A DNA stretch of 64,000 nt from Lingula anatina (taxonomy: Eukaryota; Animalia; Brachiopoda), in NCBI GenBank assembly GCA_051362555.1, contig CM120643.1:25176848-25240847 (forward strand), in the 5' to 3' direction. The notes under the pieces were generated by a model. The model did no database searches. It was not told the DNA's origin and worked only from the letters and a program-made list of their open reading frames with translations. The position numbers and the translations under genes are program-made. This document shows, one piece after another, positions 13,448 to 23,247 of this stretch; position 1 is the stretch's first letter; each line of letters starts with the position of its first letter.

Positions 13448-14462
13448 CGCATTTAGAAGAAACCGTGGGGAGACAAAGGAATGGGCGGTCTTGCTTTCAT
13501 GTAGGGTACACCATATGTGATCTGCGAACCAGTAAATTCGGGGATAATCTGTTCTGAATGCGATCTTAGTCCAGTAAACGAACAACTGAGGTTGGGAAAA
13601 AAAACGTTAACTAGGGTTTCTAAACTGAATCCGGTCCAGTTATGGGCCAATATATCCCAGATTATTTCCCAACGGAATCCACCCATGGTGCCAAAATCCA
13701 AAATGGCCGCCAATGCATAGGGGAGGGTATGTAAATGGGCATGTCACTTTGCCATGGGTGGATTCCGGTGAGAAATATCTGGGTTATGTTGGCTCATAAC
13801 TCGACCAGATTCAGTTGAGAAAGCTTTGTTGACGTTTTTTCAACTTCAATGGGGAAATTTCGTTCGTTAACTGGACTATACGTTGCTTGGATTCCAAAGA
13901 TTGACCTGCAATAAGAGTGTGCATTTTTTTACTCAGCCTGCGTTTAAGGGTATAACACGAATTTAATAACATTTTTATTTTATTTTATTTGTTTTAGAGA
14001 CATTTATTAGTTAAACAGTATACTAGCAGAGTGTCAATTCATGTCCATATCGATTAAAGATGATGCTAGGTTTTCTTGAAAGACAAACCAAACGAAATGT
14101 GCCGTATAATTTCAGTGAACAAGAATCCATGCGGGAGCATTCTCCACCATTCTTCCGTGCGCCAAGACAATAACACCGGCTTCACTGTACCGGCCGGTTG
14201 GGTTCTCTGCTACATCGATAGCGATGACGTCACATACGCACAGACCCCCTGCATAGACCTCCTCCAAGATGTCTCCAACTACCAGACTTTCGGATGCTGG
14301 CATGGATGCTCCGGATCGGCCAAGGGCCCCGCCTATGCCAGTAATAATGTCATAGAGAAAGCCTGCAAGCCGAATATCCAACAGACAAACAAGATGGGTA
14401 CTTGGTGCAGCAGTGGAACTCGTCAAACAACATTTGGCGTTTGCATTCAAATGAAAGATTGA
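11133..14462 (+). CDS. Uncharacterised secreted protein, copy A (265 aa: signal peptide, helical pro-region with GKR site, EGF domain, 8-Cys C-terminal domain); exons 11133-11469, 13203-13316, 14116-14462
   Basis: TATA (tatataag at about 11071), hydrophobic signal MMMFLLLLGVLSVLSVGTYG, phase-1 introns, EGF exon CIGNSCRNNGTCIPNEKNYTCRCLPGYSGDRCE. Frame is intact and conserved with copy B. Confidence 0.82.
11640..12965. mobile_element. Insertion in intron 1 of copy A, Helentron/HINE-like with internal degenerate tandem repeats (about 12410-12770)
   Basis: Absent from the paralogous intron of copy B; recurring ggaagtcata / gacct(t)tgacctactttt / tgaactttgcaagtttt / aaaactggc blocks. Boundaries approximate, classification inferred. 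Confidence 0.45.
13567..13878. mobile_element. Foldback MITE with long (about 120 bp) imperfect inverted arms, TA-flanked
   Basis: tagtccagtaaacgaac...cggaatccacccatgg versus ccatgggtggattccg...gttcgttaactggacta; absent from copy B intron 2. Confidence 0.75.
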
Positions 14463-14814
14463 AGCAATCAAATGAAATAAAGCATGCTGTGCATATAAAC
14501 ACACAGAAATAACGGAAATGTATCATTTCCTTGAATTGTCTAATTATATTACGTCAGAGATGTGATAGAAAATAAAATGAAACTTTTTCGTCAAGGTATT
14601 TTACTTACTGTTAACTTCAAAATGGAGAAAAGTAAAGGCGGTTTTAAAATGTCTACTTTCCTATTAAAGCAATGTTGTTCTAAATTGATACTGAAGGCCT
14701 AGCGTCATACTGCCTCCACCACCACCACCCCCTTCCAAAAATGAATAATTGCGCTGCGTGATCAAACTCAATTAGTCTGATTAGTCATGTTTGGTTTCAA
14801 TTGATTGATAAAGA

Positions 14815-15068
14815 TATACTGACGGTCAATGAAAACGCATCAGAAAACTTTCTTGTACTTTTTTTTTTTACCGAGAATCGATTCCAACCAAATACAAATA
14901 TATATACAAATAAATACAAATGCACTTGTTTGGTCATAAGAGAGTAGGATGACCACTATTTTATATTTCACATATTTCACACGAAAACTGTTATTTTCTT
15001 AATGTGCCAAAGGAACTAAAAATATTATTTGATAAATAAATGATGCGTTTTCATTGACTGTCAGTATA
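14815..15068. mobile_element. Tc1/mariner-like MITE (TA TSD)
   Basis: TIR tactgacggtcaatgaaaacgcatca / tgatgcgttttcattgactgtcagta; empty paralogous site (aaagatataatatagctaagat) at about 19599 in unit B. Confidence 0.8.
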
Positions 15069-15332
15069 TATTAGAGCTAAGATAAGATTAATTTTTTTCA
15101 ACCGCGTTGAATGAAACGCACAATTTGAAAAAAACACAAGACAATTCATAATCCCACAAAAGTCGGAGCAGTCTTGCGAAATACAGTGGGAAATACGCCT
15201 AGCATAAGCCTAGGCATCATGGGCTTAGTCTCAATAGCGATGAACATTGTTCTATATATTTTGAAATTCAAAAACAATGTTTGAATTAGTCTGATAAGTA
15301 ATTCCCATTCAAATAATTTGGAGTACCTACCA

Positions 15333-16247
15333 TTAAAATAAACAGAAACAATGAAAATGCACTAAGAGGCCAAGAGCAAGTGGATAGGTGAACAGACTAA
15401 GGAAATTGATAATTGTTTGGCGAGACGAAACAACAAGGACGCTTATGAAGTAGTGAAAAATCGTACAATCAAACTTGGAGATGAGAGAAAGAAAGCATCG
15501 TCCATCACTGAAGATGCAAACGGGAGTGAAGAGATTGCACAAATATGAAAGAGTATTGCAAAAAATTGTACAACTATGATGCGTATAAGAACCAAGAAAT
15601 ACTTCAATAAAGGATACAAGAGGGAGACCCTAGAGAAGATGAAGATATCCTTCTTTTAGAAGTTGAGCAGGCAGTAAAGGAGCTAAAAATGGTAAATCAC
15701 TAGGAGCTGACAACATTGTAGCAGAACAACAACACGTTGGAAAAGAAACAGTGAAGGTGCTCCATAAATTATGCAATGTCATTATTCAAAGCAAGGAATG
15801 GCCAGATCAGTGGACTGAAAGCGTGATAATACCAATCCGAAGAAACCGGCAGCAAGAAGTGCTCTGCCTTCAGAATTATAAGCCTTCTTGGCCATGCGTC
15901 CAAAGTCCTCTTAAAAATCATCCAGTGGGTACACACAACAGGAGATGACAAGACAGTGTGTGTTCATTCCAAAAAAAGATCATGGATTCAGTGACGGAGG
16001 GAAAGCTAAGATACTGTGAGCACGTGGTTAGAGGAGAGAGAATGGCAAAGGTGGTGATGGAGGGACAACTGGAAGGAAGTAAAGGAAGAGGACGACCGAT
16101 GGAAAGATGGGACAACAACTTAAAGGACTGGACTGGGAGCAGAATGGAGGAGTTGAAGGAGAAGGCAGAGACAGGGAAGAATGGAGGAGGAGAGTCAAGG
16201 CATGGGTGCACCAGCGGCCCTGACAGGCGACGGACATGATGATGATG
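15333..16247 (+). mobile_element. Decayed, internally deleted RTE-clade non-LTR retrotransposon
   Basis: Frameshifted RT-region remnants (GKSLGADNIVAE, KVLHKLCNVIIQSKEWPDQWTESVIIPI, ASKVLLKII), RTE-type C-terminus KLRYCEHVVRGE...MEGQLEGSKGRGRP..RW, (TGA)n tail; acca duplicated at 15329-15332 and 16248-16251. Confidence 0.85.
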
Positions 16248-17167
16248 ACCAGCCATCACGCTTTAAATTTCTATACCTAAAATACCTTTAAATAATTGTT
16301 TCACAACAAGGAAAACTGCATAATCACTTATACTTACGATGCCATTTTAGATGTAACACAGTCACTAGTGTACTGATTTAATCGATTTCAGTTGTCATTT
16401 CATTGAACGAAGGCATTATTTTGGCTTTTCAAAGGTAAAATGTGAACTAAGCATTTGAGATCAATCGCTTACATGGGTTTTTAAAACCCAACGGTGTCAT
16501 TGGCGTTGTAATTGTGTACGTAAGTGCTCAGGTTAAGGAGATAACTGGGAATAATTTTTTTTACTCCTAAAACTCAATCATGACGTCATAAAATAACGTA
16601 AATATTAGAAAAAGAAAAAATCAACTATGTGAACGGCAAATAATAAGCCTTATTCATCCAAGATAAGGCTTTAAAAGTGGAATGGTGGTCATGTTATGTT
16701 TATATTGATTTTATATTGGATTCTTTCTGTCAAAATGTGCCTCTTGTCAAAGCAAAAAACATCTAAAATCGGGCTTTGTGTGATGTTAATGCGCATTTGC
16801 AAAAGAGTGTTTTACCGTCATGTAATGTTTTTTTTTCTTTTAGTAAATTATCTTCACTCTTTAACACCTTTTTTTGGCGTGAAAAAAATAGCTTATGCAC
16901 TTATAACTGGCAATAAAACAGCTGCATAGTAATTACACAGTATGATCGTTTTCGGGCTGCAGAAGTTTTGCGGTATAATTTTAAACAACGTTAAGTTGGA
17001 CCAAGAAGGGTTTACTTAAAACTGTTGAGAACAGAGCTCACGGCTTGACAGATAAATATATATATAGGTTAACTCTCCGGGGTTAATCCTAGCGGTTGAC
17101 GTATACTTATATAAGCATCTTCGTGGACATTTTCATGTATTTTGGTGCATTCGTCAGCTCGAGTAGA

Positions 17168-18758
17168 ATGATGTTCCTATTTCTTTTTGGCGTTCTGTCC
17201 TTCCTGTCCGTCGGGACTAACGGGCAAAATACGAAAGATGCCGTGGGCATTTTCAATAGGAAATACGATCTTTACCATCTTACTCTACAACTTGAGAAAA
17301 TGCGTGAAAAACTGTTTAAAGATTGTCCGGCGTTCTTCAGTCAGCCGGAGAGCGCAGAAAAACTGGCGCAATTCTTTGGGAAGAGAGAGGTAAATCCCGC
17401 CAGTCTGGACATGGAGCTGGAGCTCGCACGTCATTCGCTGGACTACATCAAGCAAGAATATCTGAAGTGTATCGAGGCGAATTCACAAGTTGTCACCACA
17501 AGTGAGTTCTTTCCCGTCAAAAAAAAAAAAAAAAAAAAAAAAAAAAGACAGATGGGTTACAAGAATTTATAATATTATTTCGATTCTGTAGGCGGTTATG
17601 TTGAATATTGGGTCGTTGGTCTGTTGAAATGTCCATATGCTCTATAGTGTATGATTTACAGTCATTAACGCATCTTTTAAAATTCTACTTATTGTTTTAT
17701 TTTGGTGGTGGTGGTGGTGGGTGTGTCATATTCACGTCTGACGATTGCAGAATGTACTAAAATACAAAACATCTAAACTGCAGCATGAGTTCTATCGATG
17801 AGATAAAACAAATTTTACAAAAATGAGAAAAAGAAATCTAAATCAATAAAAGAGATTGTTATATTTCAGTTAAAGATAATTGCATCGGTAACAGCTGTAG
17901 GAACAACGGCACGTGTATTCCCAGTGAGAAGAATTACACCTGTAGATGTCTACCCGGGTACAGCGGAGATAGGTGTGAGAAGGGTGCGTGAGTCTTTTCG
18001 GCATAAAAGATTTTCAGGTGGTGGCCCCTCGTGACATTTATTAGGACAGAGGGGTGTCTGTCATTAGTGTCTCGCGATTATCATTAAACTAAGGTTGTTT
18101 GGCGGTTGGGGAGAGGCGGTAGAGAGAGAGAGAGAGAGAGAGAGAGGACATGAAGAAGATTAAAAAAGAAGCTGCACGTCATCGTGCGATTATTTATTAA
18201 GCTACTATTAAAAAGCAGCATTATTCATGGTGGCAGCATTTTCTTAATATTGCTCTTTTTTATAGCATGAATTTATTTACATTTTTTATTTGTTTACAGA
18301 CATTTTCGGTTTTCCGTATACAGTGTCCATATCGATCAGCGTGCTGCAGGATAATGCTGCTAATATTTTTGAAAGACAAACCAAACGAAATGTGCCATAT
18401 TATTTCAGTGAACAAGAATCCATGCGGGAGCATTCTCCACCATTCTTCCGTGCGCCAAGACAACAACACCGGTATCACTGTACCGGCCGGTTGGGTTCTC
18501 TGCTACATCGATAGCGATGACGTCACATACGCACAGACCCCCTGCATAGACCTGCTCCAAGGTGTCACCAACTACCAGAATTTTGGATGCTGGCATGGAT
18601 GCTCCGGATCGGTCAAGGGTCCCGCTTATGCCAGTAATAATGTCATAGAAATGGCGTGCAGACCGAATATCCAACAGACAAACAAGATGGGCACTTCTTG
18701 GTGCAGCAGTGGAACTCGCCAAACAACATTTGGCGTTTGCATTCAAATGAAAAACTAA
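17168..18758 (+). CDS. Uncharacterised secreted protein, copy B (265 aa); exons 17168-17501, 17870-17983, 18409-18758
   Basis: Same exon structure and phases as copy A; all cysteines, GKR and the EGF domain are conserved; open frame. Confidence 0.82.
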
Positions 18759-18925
18759 AGTAGTCAAATGAAATAAAACATGCTGTGCACATACAAATGC
18801 ACGTGCACGAGGAGAAGGGAAATGTCTCAATTCCTTGAATTGTGCAATTATGTTACTACAGAGATGTGATAATAAATAAAATAAAATCCATTTGTCAAGC
18901 AGACAATCGAAAAACATTTTATATT

Positions 18926-19344
18926 TACCTCCGCCAAGGAGATTATGTTTTCACCCCTGTTTGTTTGTTTGTTTGTCATCAACACAACTCAAAAAGTTAT
19001 TGAAAAATTTCGATGGAATTTACAGAGTAGGTCAGAAATGGGTTAACTCAGAAGTGATTAGTTTTTGGTGGTGATCCAGATCCATTATCAATCAATAATC
19101 AATCAAAAATAAAAAAACTAAGTTATGGACCGATTTTGATGAAATTTTCAGGAACTGTCAGAGGTGGGTCAAGGAACAGATGATTAGTCTTTGGTGGTGA
19201 TCCGGACCAATAATCAATCAATAATCAATAATCAAAAATCAAAAAACTAAATCATTAAAGAATGAAAATTTAGGGCTGAAACGGCATTGGATGGAGACTT
19301 TGCTGCCTTGGCGGAGGTCTGCACTCTCTGAGTGCTTTTCTAGT
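18926..19344 (+). mobile_element. Helentron/DINE-1-like non-autonomous element (further copies about 42080-42281 and 58293-58706)
   Basis: Subterminal inverted repeats cctccgccaagg / ccttggcggagg, (tgtt)n tract, internal tandem core, 3' hairpin gcactctctgagtgc then ttttctagt; three dispersed copies; absent from the paralogous site in unit A. Confidence 0.8.
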
Positions 19345-19908
19345 TACTGTTTACTTCGAAATGGAGAAAAGCAAACGCGTTTTTAAAATGATATAGGCCT
19401 ACGTATACTTTACTTTTAGAGCAATATTGTTTTGACTATTGCTGAACACCTAGAGCCTTACTACCCTCCCCCCCCCCAAAAAAAAAAAAAAAATTGAAAA
19501 AATAAAAATAAAAAACACAAGTAAAATAAAAATGATAGGCCTACTTGCGCTACATATCAAGCTCTTGAATTAGTAATAGTTTATTTTAATCGATTGGCAA
19601 AGATATAATATAGCTAAGATAATATTAATTTATTTCAACCATGTAAAGTGAAATTAAAGCACACTTGATAAACTTGAAGAACCCACGATTAGGCAATTCA
19701 TAATCCCGGGTCCGTGATGTGTTGTGAAGTAGGCTACAGTTCGAAATACGCCTAGCATATGCCTAGGGATATAATATGCTTATTCTCAATAACTATGAAA
19801 ATTGGTCTAGATATTTTGCACCTTCAGAGGGCCAGGAAAATGACAATCTGTTTTTCACCCTCACACCTTCATGCTTCATGCTAAAATTGTTGAAAAGAAG
19901 AAAAAGTG

Positions 19909-19980
19909 TGCGAGGACCGGGAGTCGAACCCGGATCGACTGCTTGGAAGGCAACCATGCTAACCGTTACACCATCCACGC
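19909..19980 (-). tRNA. tRNA-Gly (anticodon TCC)
   Basis: Minus strand GCGTGGATGGTGTAACGGTTAGCATGGTTGCCTTCCAAGCAGTCGATCCGGGTTCGACTCCCGGTCCTCGCA: cloverleaf, A and B boxes, followed by a TTTTT Pol III terminator. Confidence 0.93.
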
Positions 19981-20159
19981 TTGATGAAAGCAAGTGGTTG
20001 TTCAATAATATTTAGATCTGTCTTGATGAAAAGAAATTGTTTCACACACTGATTAATTCCATTATATCAGAATTGGCGTTCTGAATAGAAATTATTTTAT
20101 TTTATTTTGTAAACAAATGGTCTTTCTCATTATGCACCTAAATACCTTCTTAAATTTTA

Positions 20160-20225
20160 ACCGGAAAAGCCGGTAATTATGTACTTCGCGGATTACTTCC
20201 TGTGATCCGTTTCAATATGGCGGCT
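20160..20225 (+). promoter_or_regulatory. Housekeeping-type promoter motifs of ARL2BP (ETS-like ccggaa / acttcctg, YY1-like caatatggcggc over the ATG)
   Basis: Motif matches in a locally CpG-richer patch directly upstream of the start codon. Confidence 0.45.
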
Positions 20226-23200
20226 GATGATTCGGGTAAGTTGAATATTTTCATTCATTTGTCAAAATTCCAATGAAAAGGTCGCAGTATTTGAGAAATT
20301 TGGTAAACAGCAATCGAAAATATATGTAAATTATTCAAGAATTGAAAAAATATATATTGCCAAGTGTACTTAAACTTTCTGACATTGATGAGAAATGTTC
20401 AACGATTTAAACTTGTTGATAACGCGGTTAACAGAATCAGAATCAGAAGTTTATTGACAATCGCCCTACATCCGGGCATGATCAACGAAGTCTTGGGAAG
20501 TTGGGATAAGATTGTCTCCTAAGTTGATGTCAGTATTTTAGCGCATTTACATTCCAACCACCTCATGAGAGTGGTAAGCCTTTTGGGAACACAGTACGTT
20601 TTAAAGTAAACCCCACGACCACTTGAATATGCACAGAAATAACCAGCGGTGCTCGGTTAGCATACTGCTAGTAGTAATACTAATATACAGCTCTTAACAC
20701 ACAAACCCAATTCATCCTTTGAAATTCTATTTAAATCTATGTTACCAGATACAGAGCCGATGGATTTTCAAGAAGAGGAACTTGCTTCTTCGAGGTATTT
20801 ATGTGTTCATATCAAGCTTGCACCCTGCAATTTGTACCCTGGGGGTAGAGGTGTCAGTAAAATGATTTTTTATTTTACCACTTTGGTTGAGGCAAAGTTT
20901 TCTGTTTTAAGTAACTCTTTTGTTTATAGATTTTAAAATTAACCACAGTTGAAGAACCACATTTTATAAACTTTTATTATTGCAATATGATAAGCTGTTA
21001 AAAAAGGTATATTTGATTTGGGTGGCTGTGTGACTGCTGTTTAAATGAGCTTCTTTTCCTCCCAGTTCCAGCATAGCAGACACCAAGTTTGATATAACAA
21101 TAGGACACATAGAAGACATTATAATGGGTAATGTGTAAAGTGCAAATGTTTTACAGAGTAAAATACTCATTTTATGAAAATAATGGTTTTAGTACCCATA
21201 GAAATAAAAGAGTGAGGACATTTTGACAAAATAAGAAGTAAAAACTGTTATAGTCAAAGTATTTATAAAGAATTTTTTATTAATGGTGCTGCTTGATAAT
21301 AACAGAAAACACTTGGCATTCATGGTGTGATGTTGGTTTTGCATTTGCAGAAGATGAATTCCAGGATCTACAACAAAAATTCCTTGAAAAATATTACAAA
21401 GAATTTGATGATAGCGAAGAGAATAAATTCATATACACAGATATCCATCAAGAATATGTAAGTTCACAATGTTTCATCTTGCCAAAAGTCACATATTTGT
21501 TGTTGTAATAGTTCCATAATCCTTGGTTGAAAAAGCGAAGGATGCATTGGCCACAGAATCGTAACAGATATTTCAAACACCCATTATTCTTATCATATAT
21601 CATTTTAATATCTATATCTATACATATCTATATATATATATATTGGTTAATTACAAGCACAATTTTGCTAATATACTTAAAATGTTTGTGCTCTATTCTT
21701 TACAGATCAATCTGGTAGAAAAATTTATTGAAGAAGAACTTACTAGGCGAATGCAAGGTTTTTGCATGAGTGAATTCTCTAAGCAATTAGTGTAAGTTGG
21801 GCTGAATTTTTTTTCTCAATTGAATGGATATTTATTTACTTTGATGGGTTAAAAAGTGATCAAATATGTTTTTTTTTAATGTAAGAGAATGAAAAAAGCT
21901 TAAATAATGGTTTGATATGTTGGTGTACTGAGCCTAATGAAGAGATTTACTTAATATCTACACAAGTGTATAATCAAATCTACATCTTTGGTGTATAACC
22001 CAGTTGCTAGTCTCGGTCTACTTTTAATCTGACTGAGATATCCAAGATCTAAAATACGTATCATCTGGCTGCCATGTAAGTTCAGGTTTATTTGTTCATT
22101 CAGATATAACTTTAACAGCATTTTATTTTTGTTTGGGTGAGCACTAATATTGCAGCTCAAAATTTAAACAGAAATAAGTTTCAAGATGTGTTTTCTTTAT
22201 ATAGTATGAAATAAAATCTACATGGTTTTTCAAGTAGCTTGATGGTATATATTGATTTCAGTAAAAGGAAAGAAGAATTAGAAGGTGAAATATTTGAGAT
22301 GTTACTGACTTTTAGCGATTTCATGGCCTTTAAAGAAATGTTTCTAGACTACAGAGCAGTAAGTACCATTTTTGTCTGATTTTGTGAATAATTGTCTTTA
22401 ATTCCATCATGTATCAATAAGTTGCCATTGAAAGAAATTGTAATAAACCTTAAAAGGTGTTGCCATAATATTTGAAAATAGCATGAAAATGCAGCATATA
22501 AGTGAATGATGTGATTTTTTCTTCAGTCAACAGCTAATATTGAGATAGGTTTTACCTCCAATATTTCCAATATTATAACTTAACACAGCTGATGAAATTG
22601 TTCTCTGAGCATATAAGTGACTTTTTTTTACTTCTCTATGCTTGAATATCTTTTACATATTGTTACAGTAAATAGCTTAAATTGCGTGTAACATGGACAT
22701 CAGTTCCATCAGTTTCAATTTATCTTAAAGGGATAATAACTCTTCGTATGAGATCTATATTTCACAATAAAATCATTGTGAATAACTCATAGATATATAA
22801 TATATTCTGTTTTACCACAAAAACGGCAGTTATAGCTATTTTTTCTGATATCTGAGCTTGTCTTTAGACCACGTGACCTCCATTGATGGCTATACTCTGT
22901 TAAAATCTCTTAAGAGATTTTAACAAAAAACCAAACTTTTTAGAAAAAAACCAGGGACTAACTTTGAATGTAAAAATGGATTCATTAACCATTGGTAAGT
23001 ATGGGAAAATTGTTGTTTACTCCAGGAAAATTCATTTTTTGGCCAAAACGAAGAGTTATTATCCCTTTAACATAACTGTTTAAATATGTTGTTTCAGAGT
23101 CAAGAAGGGACAACAATAGATCTCAGCGAAGGTCTGGTTATAACTCCCCTAGCCAAAACTGTAGGTGGCAGCTCTTGTGAAGACACTCCGCTAGAACCAC

Positions 23201-23247
23201 CTCCAAAGAAAAGAAATTCACCAAGAAAGGAAAACTCTAAGAAATGA
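20217..23247 (+). CDS. ARL2BP: ADP-ribosylation factor-like 2 binding protein (BART); exons 20217-20235, 20749-20794, 21066-21127, 21351-21457, 21706-21791, 22262-22358, 23098-23247
   Basis: Spliced product FDITIGHIEDIIMEDEFQDLQQKFLEKYYKEFDDSEENKFIYTDIHQEYINLVEKFIEEEL...EGEIFEMLLTFSDFMAFKEMFLDYRA...DLSEGLVITPL matches the BART domain; all junctions GT-AG and in phase. Confidence 0.93.
22729..23066. mobile_element. Kolobok/piggyBac-type MITE with TTAA TSD in the last ARL2BP intron
   Basis: TTAA-agggataataactcttcgt ... acgaagagttattatccct-TTAA (19-bp perfect TIR); AG...CT termini favour Kolobok. Confidence 0.8.

Larger units (their letters stand above)
9190..19820 (+). repeat. Tandem segmental duplication: unit A about 9190-15265, unit B about 15310-19820
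   Basis: Shared starts (gagtacctacca...gccatcacg at 9200 and at 15321/16248), shared promoter blocks (caatcatgacgtcataaaat; ggctttaaaagtggaatggtggtc; ccggggttaatcc), paralogous exons, and shared ends (gaaatacgcctagcat at about 15190 and 19744). Confidence 0.9.

Noticed and set aside
19776-20015. Overlapping ORFs on both strands
   Set aside because: They are translations of the tRNA-Gly gene.
20429-20480. (cagaat)n next to tttatt, resembling an inverted retroelement 3' tail
   Set aside because: Too short to classify.
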